Positions 24,101 to 39,100 of a stretch of 64,000 nt of DNA are shown here, piece after piece. Position 1 is the stretch's first letter. Every line of letters begins with the position of its first letter. Source of the DNA: Gekko japonicus (lineage: Eukaryota). Under the pieces are notes generated by a model. That model was not told where the DNA came from. It ran no database searches and saw nothing but the letters and a program-made list of their open reading frames with translations. The DNA lies in NCBI RefSeq assembly GCF_001447785.1, contig NW_015169777.1, positions 995,524 through 1,059,523 of the forward strand. The letters are read 5' to 3'. The translations under genes and the position numbers were made by a program.

Positions 24101-27100
24101 TGCATTGCTCTCGCTTTCTAGCTTCGGCTCACAGAACAGCTGCCCAATGCCAAGGCCCTGGCAAGTATCACCCATTGTTTTGTTTTTTGCCATCAAGTGA
24201 CAGCTGACTTCTGGCAACCCTGTGGAGTTATCAAGGCAAGAGACGTTCAGAGGTGGTTTGTCATTGCCTGCCCCTGCGTCATGCCTCTGGTACTCCTCGG
24301 AGGTCTCCCATCTAAATACTAGCCAGGGCTGACCCTGCTTAGCTCTTGAGATCAAATGAGATTAGGCTGGCTTGGACTATCCAGGTCAGGACCATCATCT
24401 GTTGCAGAGAAGAGTAATGAAAACCAGCTATTCTGCCACCATGGTCAGCTTCAGCTGCACTCCCCTTCCTCCCTCTATAGACAGAGCCACTCAGAAAACA
24501 CAAACGTCACCAGGTCCCACCAGCCAAAATTTTTCTCTTTTGAACTTGTAATTCCAACATAAGCTATTGTGACAGGAGAATGGAACAAGATTTTGTGCCT
24601 GATCTCACCTGTATCTTCCACGTTGAGAAGCAGGTAGAGAAAAGCCTTTGGGCCATCAGTTGATCCCCTTGTCTCTTCAGAAGCTTTGGGAGAAAATAAG
24701 CACAATGATTGGCAGTTTTATTTCCTGAGAGGAGAGGTGCCAACTCTTGCCTGGGAAATTCCTGAAGATTTGGGGGTAGTGCCTTAGGAGGGCAAAGTCG
24801 GAGGAGGAGAGGCAGCTTAGAAAGGATGGGATGTCAGCTCTAGGACTTCAGTTTCCCTTACACTCTATGGTACAGCATATTGTTTACCATCTGAAGCAGC
24901 CATTTCCTCCAGACCTCTGCACTCTGGGGATCAGTTGTAATGCCAGGAGAAATCCAGCTGTACCTTGAGGCTGGTAACTCTACCTTAGGGGTCTCTCAGG
25001 GCGCTCTCTCTATGCTTCAGGACTGCAGCACCAGAGATTAGGACAGTCAGGGTTGCATCCACCAGGAGACTCTTAGCCCCTGAAGAATTAGGTGGAATGT
25101 AACTTATTTCTGCATGGCTAATTATACTGTTGCCATTAATGGGGAGAGGGGGTACCACACCATTGACTCCTCCATGCCTCATCAAATGATTCTGGAAATG
25201 GAAACAAGTGATTTGGCATAATGAGGAGGGAGGGAGAGTGCCCCCCCCCCAGACAAGCCCTCTCACAGGAGGAGGAAAGGCTGAGTTCCTTTCTGCTGAG
25301 TTTTTCAGTCCCAGGAATGAGAGGCAGCCCCATTTGGTTTTCTTTTTATGTGAAGTTGGTCTTTCTGAAGAATAAGTTGGAAGTATGCAATAGTAAACAG
25401 TTTACTGAAGAATGTCCAATGTTACTCAAATATATGTATTGTAACTAATATGAATATGGAAGAAGAACTTAGGAAACGGAATGGAATTGCATGTAACAGG
25501 TGGTACAAGATAACAGGAGTCAGAATAGGAAGTAATTCTTGTTTAGTAATTAGGTATAATAGGAGCTAGTGGATGAGCCGGAGAACACTTTCTATTAATA
25601 AAGGGGGTGAATAGTATAATAGATTGTTGGAAAGTAAGATTAATATTTTGTATTATTGTTCACTATAGAAATGAATAAACTGTGAATGGGGGGGAAAACC
25701 ACTATGGTGAAAAAAATCTCTTTCATCCATCTAGGTTTCTGTCTTGGCTGGACTGGCCTCCAATGTATTGGCCCCCCTTCATCCTATTATTACTGATTCC
25801 AGGCCGTGATTCAGGATATCCACTGCCATATCTGGAGCAGGGAGCATTGCTCATAGAGCATGTGTTCTGTCCAGAACAAAAAAGGAGCCACTGCTGTGCT
25901 CATTCCATCGATCTGGTCTTCACCAGCTTCTATCTTCATAAACAATCCATTTATTGTTTTTTTTGGCAGCAGATTCTCTCAAAGCAGTGGCTGCCAGAAC
26001 AAACAATAAAGAGCTGCTTTGTGAACACAGCTGTAATGTATGTGGGGGGAAGCATTGTCTTCTGCTCTATTTCTATTCCAGAGATAGCAGAGGCTTAGGA
26101 GGAGGGGGAAACAGAGCAGTTACTTCTCCTTTTCCTTATCGGACAAAATGAAAAGCAGAAGGGAAGATAACGTAAGCATAAACCTGATTACACTGTGTAA
26201 GATAGCAACCTCAGTACAGTATCTGTAAGAGCCATCGTGCCCACCAATCCGTTTCCTGGCACCCAGCTGTCCTTCCCGCAAATACCTTCCCTACATGTCA
26301 CTGGAGAAGGAGGTGCTTCACAAGAGCTCAGGAGGTGTCACCTTTGGGTCTGCATGGAGCACCCACTCGGATATAGCTGCCAAATCTTCCAACATTTTGT
26401 AATTGCTTCCCATGGCAGCTGTTTCTTGATTGGTCCTGCCCCCAGAGCAGCCATTTTGCAGAGCCATCCATGACTATTTTTAAAAATTCTAATAGTGTAT
26501 GCAAGCTCAACAAGGTCGGAGACCCATGACAGGACTTACTTCTCAGTAAGCATGGACACAAACAGCTGATGAGAACTTGCATTACTCATGGCTAAATTCT
26601 TCAAAGGTTATACAGACCATTCCTGGTCAGATTCTGCCTGTCACAACCATCCTCTGTAGCAGGAAGCCTGGCTTCGTATTCTTTATTTAATGTTTTGGCA
26701 TCTACTATCTGTTAGAGAGAGGAATTCTCAGACCATCTCACCATCCTTCTGATGCACCAAAGGTGATACTGCTTCCACCAGGCCACACACTTGCTAAGCA
26801 GCTGCCTCCTGTGGTGTTGCACTGCCATGAGGAGCAGCCCCCTCTGCCTCGAGGATCTGATGCAGTACTCCTTCCAAAGGATAAATGCAGCCTGTAGCTT
26901 CACTGTCCAAAGCGAAAGAAAAAAACTAACATAGCAGCAAGGGAAGAAATAAAAGGGGGGCAAGTCTGAAACTGGATCAATTAGTATATGCCATCTATTT
27001 GCTTGAAATATGTTATTAATGTTTTAACTATTTTATCTAGACGTTTTTATGAATGTTGTACATTGCCCAGAGCCCTGCATTGCAGAGACTGGTCGATTAG

Positions 27101-30100
27101 CAAATCTCCCTTATAAATAAAAGCCGAATGGTGGTGGCACTTCTCTAGAACATTCCACACACTCCAAAATCAGTTCGCTCTCTGATCTGTCATTTAGAGG
27201 GTCTCCCTATCCATTGGCTGCTTTGCCTGAGTCCTGCCTCCAACATTCTAAACATTTTGCTAATCCTCTCCCCCCCCATAGCCAGTCAGAACACAGAGGT
27301 TATTTGGGCAAAAATGAGGGAGAGCACTCCCCCATGCTAATCTAGAAACAACAGAAGCATGACTGCTAATGTAAGAAAGGGTGCCAAAGCTTGCAAATGT
27401 AAGGAAGCATGGAGCAAGAAACCTCTGAAGTCGTCAAAACAGTCCTGAGTAGGAAGGTACAACCCTCTCCCTCACCCCATCTGCAGGCATATACAATTGA
27501 CATAGAAGCTTCCATCCCCCAGGAGGTGGGAGAGGGGAATGAGATAGAAAACTAAGAGGATCGCCCCCTCCAGTGGGGAACCGATATAAGACCTGCCTCC
27601 ACTACTGGACAGAAGGGGTCACCCATGTCTGAATGTCCTTTCTCATCTAAGAGGGAATGTGTAACTGCCTGCGGAGAAGCATGTAATGGCTGACTACAGC
27701 AGCAAAGTTAGAAACTGGAATCTATGCCAAGCTCGAGCAGGCTGCCTTTACCCAGGGGTACTCTTATGCTCACCAGTATGCAAATGTTTCCTGGCATCCA
27801 TCACAGCCGCTGCTTTTTGCTGACGGCAGTATGCACGAAGTGAGGTCGTGTCCCTCCAGTGAAGCACCACCTATGTAGAGAAAACAGCCCCCTTCTCATT
27901 GTCAGTCCTGCTCCACCTTTTACTGCCCTCTTCCTCAACTGATGGCTCAAAGGTTTTCCCCTATCAGAACTGCACCCCTCCAAGCAGCCTGTGAAGGCTC
28001 CACTTCTGCTGCTGCCCACCCTCCTACTCACAATCATCGCTGGTGCCCTGATGCTGTACATATGTGAAATTAACAAAAGAAGCTGTGGGTTAGCTATAGA
28101 AGGTGCACAGGAAAGTGTGATTGGCCTCCCCACCCCACCAGGATGGTAGGCTCACCCCCCACAATTTAATCAAGTATCTGTGTCTCCCTGGAATAGAGCT
28201 TTCCTTCAAGCCAGATGTTACCTTGGAGAGAACTGTTCTTCTGAAATGCTGTTCTGCCAGTACAGCCTTCTTGGCTTTATCCTTGAGATATGCAACTTTC
28301 GCCCTCCAGGCACGCAGCACCTGCCTGAGAGCAGATATATAAAACTGAAGATGTAAAAACTGAGTGAAAGTCTTGCCAAGAACAATTCCTTTCCTTTTAG
28401 AGGTCTGGAATGGGAGAAATGTTGCGGTGGGGCAGTGTGCGTGTCTGCATCTCAAAGAATGAAAGAGTCTATACAGTTCTACAGCACCATCGGGCCAAGT
28501 TGCACAGAATTACAGATTTTAAAAAGTTACCGTAGCAGCTCCTGATTATGCCTCTTCTCCTTTTCGTCTACATCGTACAGAACGTGTTGTACTTTAGTCT
28601 GGTAAGTCTGCAAAGGGAAAGCGGTGAATCCGTATTTCTCCCAGATTTAGGCAAGATTATATTTAAGTCGTTTACCAACATCACTACCATAATTTTATAA
28701 CCTTCATTTAAATGAAACCCTGAAATAGGCATACATGACTAAACATTCATCTCATCTTTCCTTTGTTTGAGAATAATGATGACACTGACTTCGTTCCAAG
28801 GCTGGGGATGATGGTAGTATTTTTAGTTACTTACTCATAGCTACACCTGGTGCTAAAATTTCTTTAAGACATCTGTACTAATCACCAGTGGAACCATCTG
28901 GTCTAGCAACCTTGTTCCTTTTAGCAGTTATTATTTATTTTAATTTTATTTACAGTAAAATTCCTATCTAACCATAACTGGGCTACTACTGGTAAGATTC
29001 AAAAACCTGTCCATTTTTGGAGGCTCTGGGGTACATAATTTTTTTAATATAACAGTAACTGCACCCTTATATAAAGTTTTTTTTAAGCGGTATCTCCTTT
29101 TTCCATTTTTTACTGGACTCAGTCCAAACCATCCCTCAAGGTACTGCACAAGGTCATTGTCCATGGCCCCTCCCCTTATTTCATCTTCACAACCATCCCT
29201 TGAGTTAGGTTGGTAATGGGTGACTGGCCCAATGTCAGACCTTGAGCTTCTCGGTAGAATGGGAATCTGACCCCAGTTCTCTCTTCACTCTCACCAAAAC
29301 ATCCTTCCAGCTGTATTAGCAATTACTTTTGTAACCAATTCTAACCAGGAGCTTATCTGCCTTTCAATTTTCCCTGAATCCAACAGATCTATTTTCTCCT
29401 TGATCAAACTTAATTCTGCCAATGTATTTTCAGAATGCTTTTTATTATCATGTTCCAAGGTTTTGATCTCTTCTAAAATACCCCTTGTTTGGTATTCTTT
29501 TCTTTAAAAATGCAGTGAATACATTTTGCCAATAAACTGACCTCTTATAAATGTCTTGCATATTTCATTTTCCTTAAGATCTTGATTAAATATATCTCTT
29601 AATTCTGATTTCATACATCTATAACTTGACCCTTCCAAGACAATATCAACATTACACAGATGAAGCTTCAAAAAGGGAGCTCTGGAGGCAACTGACAGCT
29701 ACTGTGTTCTAGGAATCAGGTTCTCTCCAATATACTACATCATTTGTTCCTTCTTTGCAAGTTTCTTATATCAAGGCAAAATAATGGTTAACTATGGACC
29801 TTCCTAATCTATTATTTGTTTCAAGCAATATACAGTAACAGGTTCTTCCATGTTCTGTACTCCAGATGATTTTTCATACCTGACACTGTTGGACACAAAA
29901 AGACCCTCCTCAAATACACAGCAACTATCCCAATGCAAGGATAATCTAGTTCTCTGCATTTGAATAATCCTACACTGAAAAGGCATTCTAAGGCATATAC
30001 TGCAGGAGTCCATCACAGCCGAGCCAAACTAAGGTGGTGTCTCAAGGCTACAGCACTTGGTCACAGTAAATCACCTGGTATTGCACAAGTACAAACTTTA

Positions 30101-33100
30101 ACATACCTTCCAAGCTGAAAGGATCCTGTGCAGTAATACCCGCTGGTAATGCACATCTGCTTTCACAAGCTTCTTCCACTTCTCAGACTGGTGTCTCAAA
30201 TACTATAAGGGGAAAAGGCAAACGAAATTGCTGGGAAGAGCCATTTCCATCCCTGGGTGTGACAGATAGCTTTCTGTAGACTCAAGAGTTAGTGGGTGGT
30301 CTGAGTGAAAGATGCAGCTCAGACAGGTTATTTTAAAGGGGAGCCACACACAGAGACAGGTCACTGTTCACTGAAACTAGAGACAGGCCTTTCACCTCTG
30401 CTTTACTCTAAAAGATCCTGGACTTCAGAGATGCAATGAACCAGCCTTAGTCAGTGCCCGACTAAGTTCAATATAGCAACTAAGTAGCACGGTTTGAAAA
30501 AACAACTTGCCTGTTGTGCAGGTTCTACAACCTGGGTAAAAGCAACTGCAACACACACACACACACACACACGCACCCAATTCTGGGAGCTGCAGGGTTA
30601 TACTTTGCATTGCTTTCAACCTGGTCTGGAGATAGAGAAAGTGATGGGAAGCACAGATTGGGATGGGTTGTGTCTGGACTGGAATCTAGCTCTAGGCCAA
30701 AGCTCTGTTTAGTCTTTAGAGTCCCTCTGCTAATATACTGGACTACTCTCTCCTGAGGAATTACAGGAGGGGGAGAATGTGAAAATTACATGTTAAAAAT
30801 CTCCCCTACCAGAATTCTGTAAGCTCTTAAGTAAGCCTATTCACCGATCTCCTTGTCTCTCCCCCCTTTTAACTGACTCTCAGCTACTATCAATATTTTG
30901 CCCCGTCTGGAACATACTCAGTCCCTCAGACCAGACTTTGAATTTGTTTTCCTTTTGATTAATTTACAACCAGGACCCCCAATCTAAGTAAGCCTGTTGG
31001 CACTTCTGGAATGCTGCAAAAGGGCAGTGGCAACTACTAGTGGGCAACACTAGAAAAATAACTACTGGGGGGGGGATATCTAAATATTAGAGGTTCCAAT
31101 CAGGCCTGTAGCTACAGTGGGGCATTTCAGGGCCCTGACCTCTTAATTAAAAGCCCTGCCCCACAAATAGCCATGTCAGGAATCTTATTTTTGCATGTTT
31201 CCCAAAGGCTCATGGGAATGCTTTTGAAAGACTCACCATGACCTCAGTGGTCTATAGCAGGACTGGACTAGCAGACAGGGGGATTGTTGGAGATGTATTG
31301 AAGGTACCACTCTTGAGTGCCCTTCTAAGCTTTCTTGCCCCATGGAAGGGAATTCAAAAGGCATTTAAATGCCTTCTGAAGACAATTAAATGTTCTCTGA
31401 GCTGTTTTTTTCCTAAGAACTGATGCACTTGCTGCCCTGTCCCTTGGAAGGAAGGGCTAGGAACAGGCGTAGAGCCTCCCCTTTTAAAGACAGGCATTCA
31501 GATTAATTGAATTGTTAACTGTCCCCTTAAAAAATTAACTGCCCCCAAACAAAAAAAAATCCTGGCTACAGGCCCGGTGCCAATAGAGCTGCTGTTGCCA
31601 CCATCTGAGAGGAAGGGAACATTGTGGGGCTCAGCTGCCTCTGAAGAGCCCCAATCAGCCTGCTTTGCTGTGAAAATTTGGGAAACATTGCAGTAAAATC
31701 TGGTAGTCCGCCATTCAGGTTGGAAATCTGAGATTTTCCCTCCCATGAAACAGACATTTTCCCTATCCCTGTACCCATGATGGCCTCCTCCACCACCAGC
31801 AGTGGGGGATTTAAAAAAATAATAATCACCAATTAAATATCATCGTCTCAATACAACACTGTGTAACTGGTTCTCTGAACTCCCAGCTTTCATTTAAGAA
31901 ATAAATCTGTAGCCACTTCCATTGCAAAGATATAGCAGGAAAGGCATACTATGGTAACAAAAGGGGCTTTTTTTAAAAAAAAAATGAAAGTTGAGAATTC
32001 AGAGAACCAGTTAAACATGTTGTTATAATGCCTTTTTCATGAAAAAGCCTTGATGGCCTGGGGCAGAGGGGATGGATACTGGGGAGGAGAAACTGTAGGG
32101 AAAAAAAACTTATTGCCACTGTACCAGCAACAGGGAAATCACACAAGCCTGTTCCTGCGTGAAAACTACCTGGATAAGGCAGCGGGGATAGAGAAGAAAA
32201 CAAGAAGAGTTCCTGAAGGTGTTGGAGAGTTGGAATAGTGGAGCCTCCTCCAATGGAAGGGGAAAGGACTCTTCCTAGTTTGCACAACTCTGCCTGAGAC
32301 TGAACTGGAGGAGTAACGCTCACAAAGAAACCCCCAATTTGTCACTGTTAGAGGAGGGTTTCTTGAGGTAGAATTTCTAGGTACACATTACTCTTCACAA
32401 GCAGCTAGGCTAAGAGTACTGGTTGCTTAGCAACCACAGGAGAAGGTGGATTTGATGATGCATCATTTCTCTCACCTGTTGCCACTTACACCAGGACCCC
32501 TGCAGCAGCTTTATGGAGTGGAACCTCAAAGCTTTTTCCTCCTTCTTTCTCCTGAAAGAAACCACAACCGGCACTCTCACTCTTCAAGTGGACATGAGCC
32601 TTCACTTTTTTGCTATTTTGTGCTCTTGTGAGCAAAGCTGTTTGCTTATGTAAGGTATCTACTTTTTTGGAGCACTGTAAGAGTATTATTATTTCTCTTG
32701 AACTAAACTCAGTAGCTAAATGAAGGAAAAATACATATGGTCACAGCAATATGCAGAGCAGTGTCACATAACTAGCTATCTATATTTTTCGAAAACCAGG
32801 CTGTTGTTAGCATATAATCATTAAAGTTCAAAGTAACCTTTAAGCCTGACGGGTGTCAGGTTGGGATTCAATTGGTGCATTTTCACTGAACTCTGACCAA
32901 AAGGAGGAAACCTCCAGAAAATCAGCAAGACCTGGAAAGGACCCTCTAGAACAATAAACCAAAACAGAGCATGTGATAAGGGTATCTGGTAACATCTAGA
33001 CCAAACTTGTTCCCCCAGCTAAACAACATCTGCACCATGCTACACTTTTGCATCATGATGGTCTTGCCTCTCTTAGAACTTTGCTCTGTGGATGAGGAAA

Positions 33101-36100
33101 TAAGTTCTGTGCTGCACCCAGGGGGTAACAGCAAACAATGCAGCCAGTGGGAAATGGTCACCAGAGCAAAAAAAAAATCAGAGGAAAAGGCAGCGATCAA
33201 GAGGAATAACTGGACAGGCTTAATGAGCCTGATGTGGCTTGTGGCTCAAAGATGCAAGATCACCATTGATGTGGCATTTACAGAAACAAAAAAAGAAAGC
33301 AGGCATTGTTATCCTCTTATAACTCTTTTACCCTTCTTTCATCTCCTGAATGTTCTCCTTCCAGAGATGAAAAGTCGCCTGCAAGATTTGGTGACAGTAA
33401 TGTTCTTGGGCCAGGGTCTCTTCCTCTTGCTCTTCTATATGCGCCACAGTTCTCCTGCACCATAAATACCAGAAGCGGGCCAGCAGCTGTTGGTCAGAGT
33501 GTAGAACAGCCTGCCAAGAGAGGAGAGTACCAGGGAGAGCAGTCAATATTGACAGCACTAGCGTCATCAGAGATTATCATAACCACAGAAAAATTCCCTT
33601 ACACGGCTACCTATGCTACAGGGTGAAAATGAAAAACTGGATTTACTGTGAGGGTTTCTTTTCATAGGTGGAAAAAGGATATCCTGGCGAGGATTCCTCC
33701 ACCTACTTACTTCAAAGACAGAGTGTTGCAAAATGGACAGCATCTTGCTTTCCTGTGGGACGACCTCCCCCCCATTTCAGTGCTTTCCTCATCAGAGAGT
33801 CACCAAGAATAATAAACTTATGCTGCAGTCCTAAGAACACTTTATTGGGAGTATGCCCAACCTGGAGCCTTTACTATTTGTCTAGGGTGACATGGATTTG
33901 AGTGACAAGGATGAAAAAGCAGCTGTCTGCTTTGATTTTGATTTCTTGGTCAGCATTATGACAGATCTGATCTTGCAGTGTCTGAGAATGGAGGAAAGAA
34001 GCCATAAAAAATTGATGGTCTAGCTGTTGATTATTGAAATGGCTGAACAGCACTCTGGGATGCCATGTTCCTTCAACAGTGGGACAGCTCTCCACAAATC
34101 ACAAGGAAAAGAGACTTGGTCTGTTTTGCATAACCCTCCCTGTGCAGCAGCTCTGACGGAACATGTGAAACAGCCTTATATGGAGTCAGAGTATTGGTCT
34201 GTCAAGCTCAGTATTGCCTACTATGATCAGCAACAGCTTTCCAGGGTCTTTCACATCACCCACTACCCAATCCTTTTAACTGAAGATGCTGAGGATCTTC
34301 TGCATGCAAACCAAGTGTTCTACCACTGTGCCACAGCTTCACCCCTCAGCAAGAGGCATAACTCTCACTAGGCTATCTTCCTGTAGTGATGGAAAAGTGT
34401 CATACCTGCTCAAAATGCGCTCATTCACAAATGTGGAAACTGCCTATTGTCTGGCGAGGAGTACGGGGGGGGGGGGACTAGAATTACCATTTTTTCTGCC
34501 ATGTGGTTCTCTTGCTGCCGATGTGTTCTCAGCTGCCACCTGTCAAATAAACGTCTTGTCCATGTTTCCCTGCCAAGCAGCAAGAATGACCAATGAGCTC
34601 AAGGGTCTCCAAGAAAAGATTTCTATGTCCAGGACACAGGTGTTGTAATAAAGAGCCCAAAAGATTAGGTAACAATTTGTCTGGGTTGGGTTTTTTTTAG
34701 TTTCCATTATGCTTTTATTACTGCACTTATAATTTTTATCGATTGCAACTTTTATGGTTCTAAAGGATTTTCTTTTAGCTGATTTTGTAGTGTTTTATTT
34801 TATTTTATTGGTTAAAAGCTCTATACATTCCATTAGGCCTTTTATATGCAGAGGTGGGATCTAAATATGGGTTCCTGAATACAGATATGACACTCCCCTG
34901 CAAACAGAAAAACAGAAGAGCCAGCAAAAGCCCAGGTAGAACTTTTCTGTCTTATGTGCTAGAACAGGCCACCCCCAGTGTTTTTGACCCTGTGAGCACC
35001 CTTAGAATTCTGACACAGAGTTGTGGGCTCAACTGCAATATCACTGCTATGGGAAGCAGAGCCAACCACAGTATGTCCGCGAGTGAGGACATGCATAACT
35101 CTAATAGTAAATCTTCAACATTTCAGGCAGAAGCTCCGCTTCATGGGATGCCTTCTTGAATGAATGTATTGTTTTCAAGTGAAGATCCTTGTCCTGTGGT
35201 GGCAGCTGCCAGCAAAGCAATGTTTTTTTAAAAAAAACAATCAGCTCTCCAATGGCCAGCTGATGCTCTGCTGGGCAAAGGCCACACCCACTTTCGAAAA
35301 AGACTTGGCTAGCACCAGGAAAGGTGATGGTCAGTGTCATGCTGGAGATCCCTGAGCTACAACCTTTCTTGTTGATGTGGTGCAGTCACTACTGAAATAT
35401 ATTCGATGCCCTAAAAGCAAACAAGCAAGCACACAAAAAAATCTAACCAAAAAAAATAAACCAAAAGAGAAAGGAAAGAGAAGGCATTGGGCAGATTTGG
35501 GGTGGTGGTGGTGGAAGAGGGATTCAAAAACAGAGACAGGAAAAAAGAAATTTCCAGAGAGTTAAGGAGCAAAATCTCAAACGGCATCCAGCTATGGAGC
35601 AGACAAAACTGGAACTGGGAAGTCTCCCCCCCCCCTCAGGCTGGGATTAACATTCAGCCAATTAACATTGCCATGCCTGTGCAGCAATCAAGAGAAGTAA
35701 CCTGGCCTGGAGTTCCTCCTCCGCCAACAGAGAAGTTCTTTTTCCCTCTGAAGTACTAGGCTGCCACAGTAGTGTGTGAAAGAAAAAGAAATCCCTTTGC
35801 ACAGTCCCCTTCATAAGAATATGTACAAGGACTCTGTCTCCTTGCATAGCATCAAGATGAATGACTGATCTAGTTTAATGTTTCCAACTCTGCTAGAGAC
35901 TGTGGAGGTATTTTTGGCTCTGCCACCAGAGATTTCTTAAGAGAAGTTGATGTCAAGAAGAAGAAGAGTTGGTTTTTATACCTCGTTTTTCTCTACCCTA
36001 GAGAGTCGCAAAGCAGCTGACAATTGCTTTCCCTTCCTCTCTCCACAACAGTCACCTTGTGAGGTATGTGGGGTTGAGAGAGTTCCGACAGAACTGTGAC

Positions 36101-39100
36101 TGGCCCAAGGTCACCCAGCAGGCTTCATGTAGAGGAGTGGGAAATCAAACCCAGCTCTCCAGATTACAGTCTGCCATTCTTAACCACTACACCATGCGGA
36201 ACAAGTTACTTCGCATATGCAGTCATTTACAGAGTTCTTCAGCAGCATTCTCCTTTTAGTTAAAAGCTGTTCATAAGAACAACCCACTGTACCTGTGAAA
36301 GCACATGGCTGTACTTTTCATCTCTCTCCACCAGCACTGATGAGCCCTGAATCGCTTCCAGGCTTGGAATGTGGCAGGCAAGATTCTTCTCCCATAGTGA
36401 GCATCCGCCTCTGCATACTGCAACTGAAGAAAAATGGTAGCCTTAGTGTGGATTTCAGAGCAGGAAATAGAGCTGTTATATTGAGGAAATGCCAAAGTTT
36501 GAGGTAACTGAAAGAGAGACAGACAGATACAATATATACCATGACTAAAGTGGGAAGCATCAAACTAGAGACTTGCTTTTTGTTATTAGGGGNNNNNNNN
36601 NNNNNNNNNNNNNGAGCAGAGAAGACCTTCTCACTTTGAAAATGGGTGCCTTGAAAACAAACAGATTAGAAAGGAAAAAGTGTTAACAAACGTACAGAAA
36701 GAATTTAAATATGCTCCAGAATTGGATGATGTTGGATTATGACCCACAACTGTACTGTGCCAGTGCAACTACTTTAAAAAAAAAAGAAAATGGGCAGTCA
36801 TAGAGAAAGAATAAGAAAGACACACATACAAGGCTATACAGATGAAAAGATAAAAACTAGGTAAAGTGAACATGCATATATAACAACAATATGGATCCCA
36901 TGTGGAGAAATGGAACTGTGTTCTGAAAAATTTGAAGATTACTGTGCTATGGAATGACTCCACCCGAATGACTCCACCCCTTACCTTTCTGTACCTTTTC
37001 CAGCTTGCATGATATAACCAGGTCAGGAAACATTTTTGCAGTAACACCAGGCTGCAATAGACATAGTACCTTAGAACACAGGCTACATGATTTTATTAAA
37101 AGTCTGGCACAGATACACAAATTCTTTGTAAAATGGCTGGCAGCTATGCCTGCATAAACCACATCAGTTTCTCGATCACACAGGGACTTTCGCCACCTAG
37201 TGGCAAATGGATCTAAGTTAGACGTGAACAATGTTTAAAGGATAGATGTATTGCTGAAGCCAACCAAAAATACCCCTTGTTGCCTTTACCCCACCCAAAG
37301 GCACCTGCTGTAGCTCTGTCTCTAAAATGAGGCAGGTCCAGGCCTGGCTAGTACTGGGGATGGGGGAAATTCAATATGCAACCAAAGGTCCTGGGAGGAA
37401 AGGTGGGAAATTAATATTTAAAACAAAAATAAAGAATAGGCAGTAACAAGAACAATCCCTTTCATGATAAAATTGGATTCAAAGATTACAACAGCGGGAT
37501 GCATTGCAGCTTTCAAAAGAGCAGTCGCTAACGCCAGAGTTTCATTTTTACAGCTGTATTTATTTATGCCCTACACTACCTGTAGTGAGAACGAGCTGCC
37601 AGAGTCAGACACCAATGCTGTGCTTCCTCCTTCCTTTCCAAGGAAGACTTCCAACAATTCCAGAACCTCTGCAAGAGCTGGGGGGGGGGGGGGGCAGAAA
37701 AGAGACACAATGTGCAGGACAATCAAATGAGGAGTCCTTCTACAATGAAAAAAGTAGGACATTATCTTTTTAAAGCAAAAACACTATTTGCAACAACCAA
37801 GCTAACATCTAACCTGAATGGTAAAAGAATGCATCCTGACAACACTGACTTGCCCAATTACACATATAGTCACCAAGTGATTTATAGTACACATATATGG
37901 TGTCTGTGCTCCAAAGAAACTTCCCCTCATGGACCAGGGGAGGAACACTCATCAGGTGCAAGCCCAGATGCAGCAAAGTGTTACTCAGAACTGGCAACAG
38001 GATGCCTGAGTGTGGCTGCTGCCAGAGTGGGAGTGACTTGGGCATGGGCCATCTAGGCATGTCCCTGGCGAAGCTCTGACTTCTGGGAGTGGAAGGTGGG
38101 GGGGCGAGTCCCTACACAGTGGTGATGCTGTTGTCATGGAACCAACTGTAGCTAACCTTACCCAGAAGGACAACAGGCTTACAAGAAATAACCATACCTG
38201 CGTAGTATAAAAGCCAGACCAGTCAAAGCTAAAGATGACCCACTTGGGGCTGCTCAAGAAACACAACAAGAGAACCATGAGAATGAGAAAGTGTCATAAA
38301 CCCCCTCCTTTCTTTGTCTGAGGGAGCTTTTGGGTTGAAGTGGGACTACACTTAGCCTACAGGGTGAAAGTTATAATGATCCAGATTAATTGTGTTTCTC
38401 CTTTTTTGAGCCCTAATTTTGTAAAGAAATATTATTGATTTATAAATTATTGATTTATTATTATAAATTATTGATTTATAAGGTATTCTTAGTGGGCGGG
38501 GGTGCGTTCCACTATTTATGGTCCAAGTACCTGTCAAAAATATCCTATTGGTATTTTCCAGATATAATTTGGCATCTAGATGGTACCTGGGATACTGGTA
38601 AGTGGTTCCTGAAACACTGTGTAAATATTCAAGAGTAACTGGAGGAAAATGTTTTCTGTAGCTCAGCATTCTACTTGCAGAGAACAACTCAGTGATCTAA
38701 CATGACTCTTTTGCTGACGAAGTAAGAAAGTAGGAAGGCTCAGGACGCAGATTTTGTAGTTGCAAGATGAAATAAGGTCTTACCATAACTTGATGCTGCT
38801 GAAAAGCTAAATTTCTTCTCATTTGCTTGATGCTTGCTTCCGCCACATTTTTTTGTAATGCGGTAAATCCACGATACTGTGAAAAGCAGAAACACCAGTA
38901 GCCTAAATCACAAAGCTCATAATATAAGACAAACCTGCTGAAAAGGGCAAAGGTGTTCTTATCCTAGATGCCTTTAAAAATTGAATATGTCTGCCAATAG
39001 CTCACATTTTCACGGAATAAATGGAAATGGCAGTATGCATATAAATACCTATGATAGGTGGTGGGGGGGGGACACTAGTGGAAAGACTGGTAACTTCATG

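Noticed and set aside
24270-24392. 5S rRNA gene (also 44955-45063)
   Set aside because: Diverged, lacks proper 5S ends and is fused to a LINE-like tail, so it is a SINE.
29300-29780. Possible additional old L1 fragments (also 25340-25690 and 38480-38640)
   Set aside because: Composition and a few motifs suggest L1, but they are too degraded to delimit without alignment.
36952-36979. 14-bp tandem duplication next to an SFI1 donor, and an AT-rich repeat at 38430-38481
   Set aside because: Ordinary slippage duplications; not CRISPR-like and no evident function.
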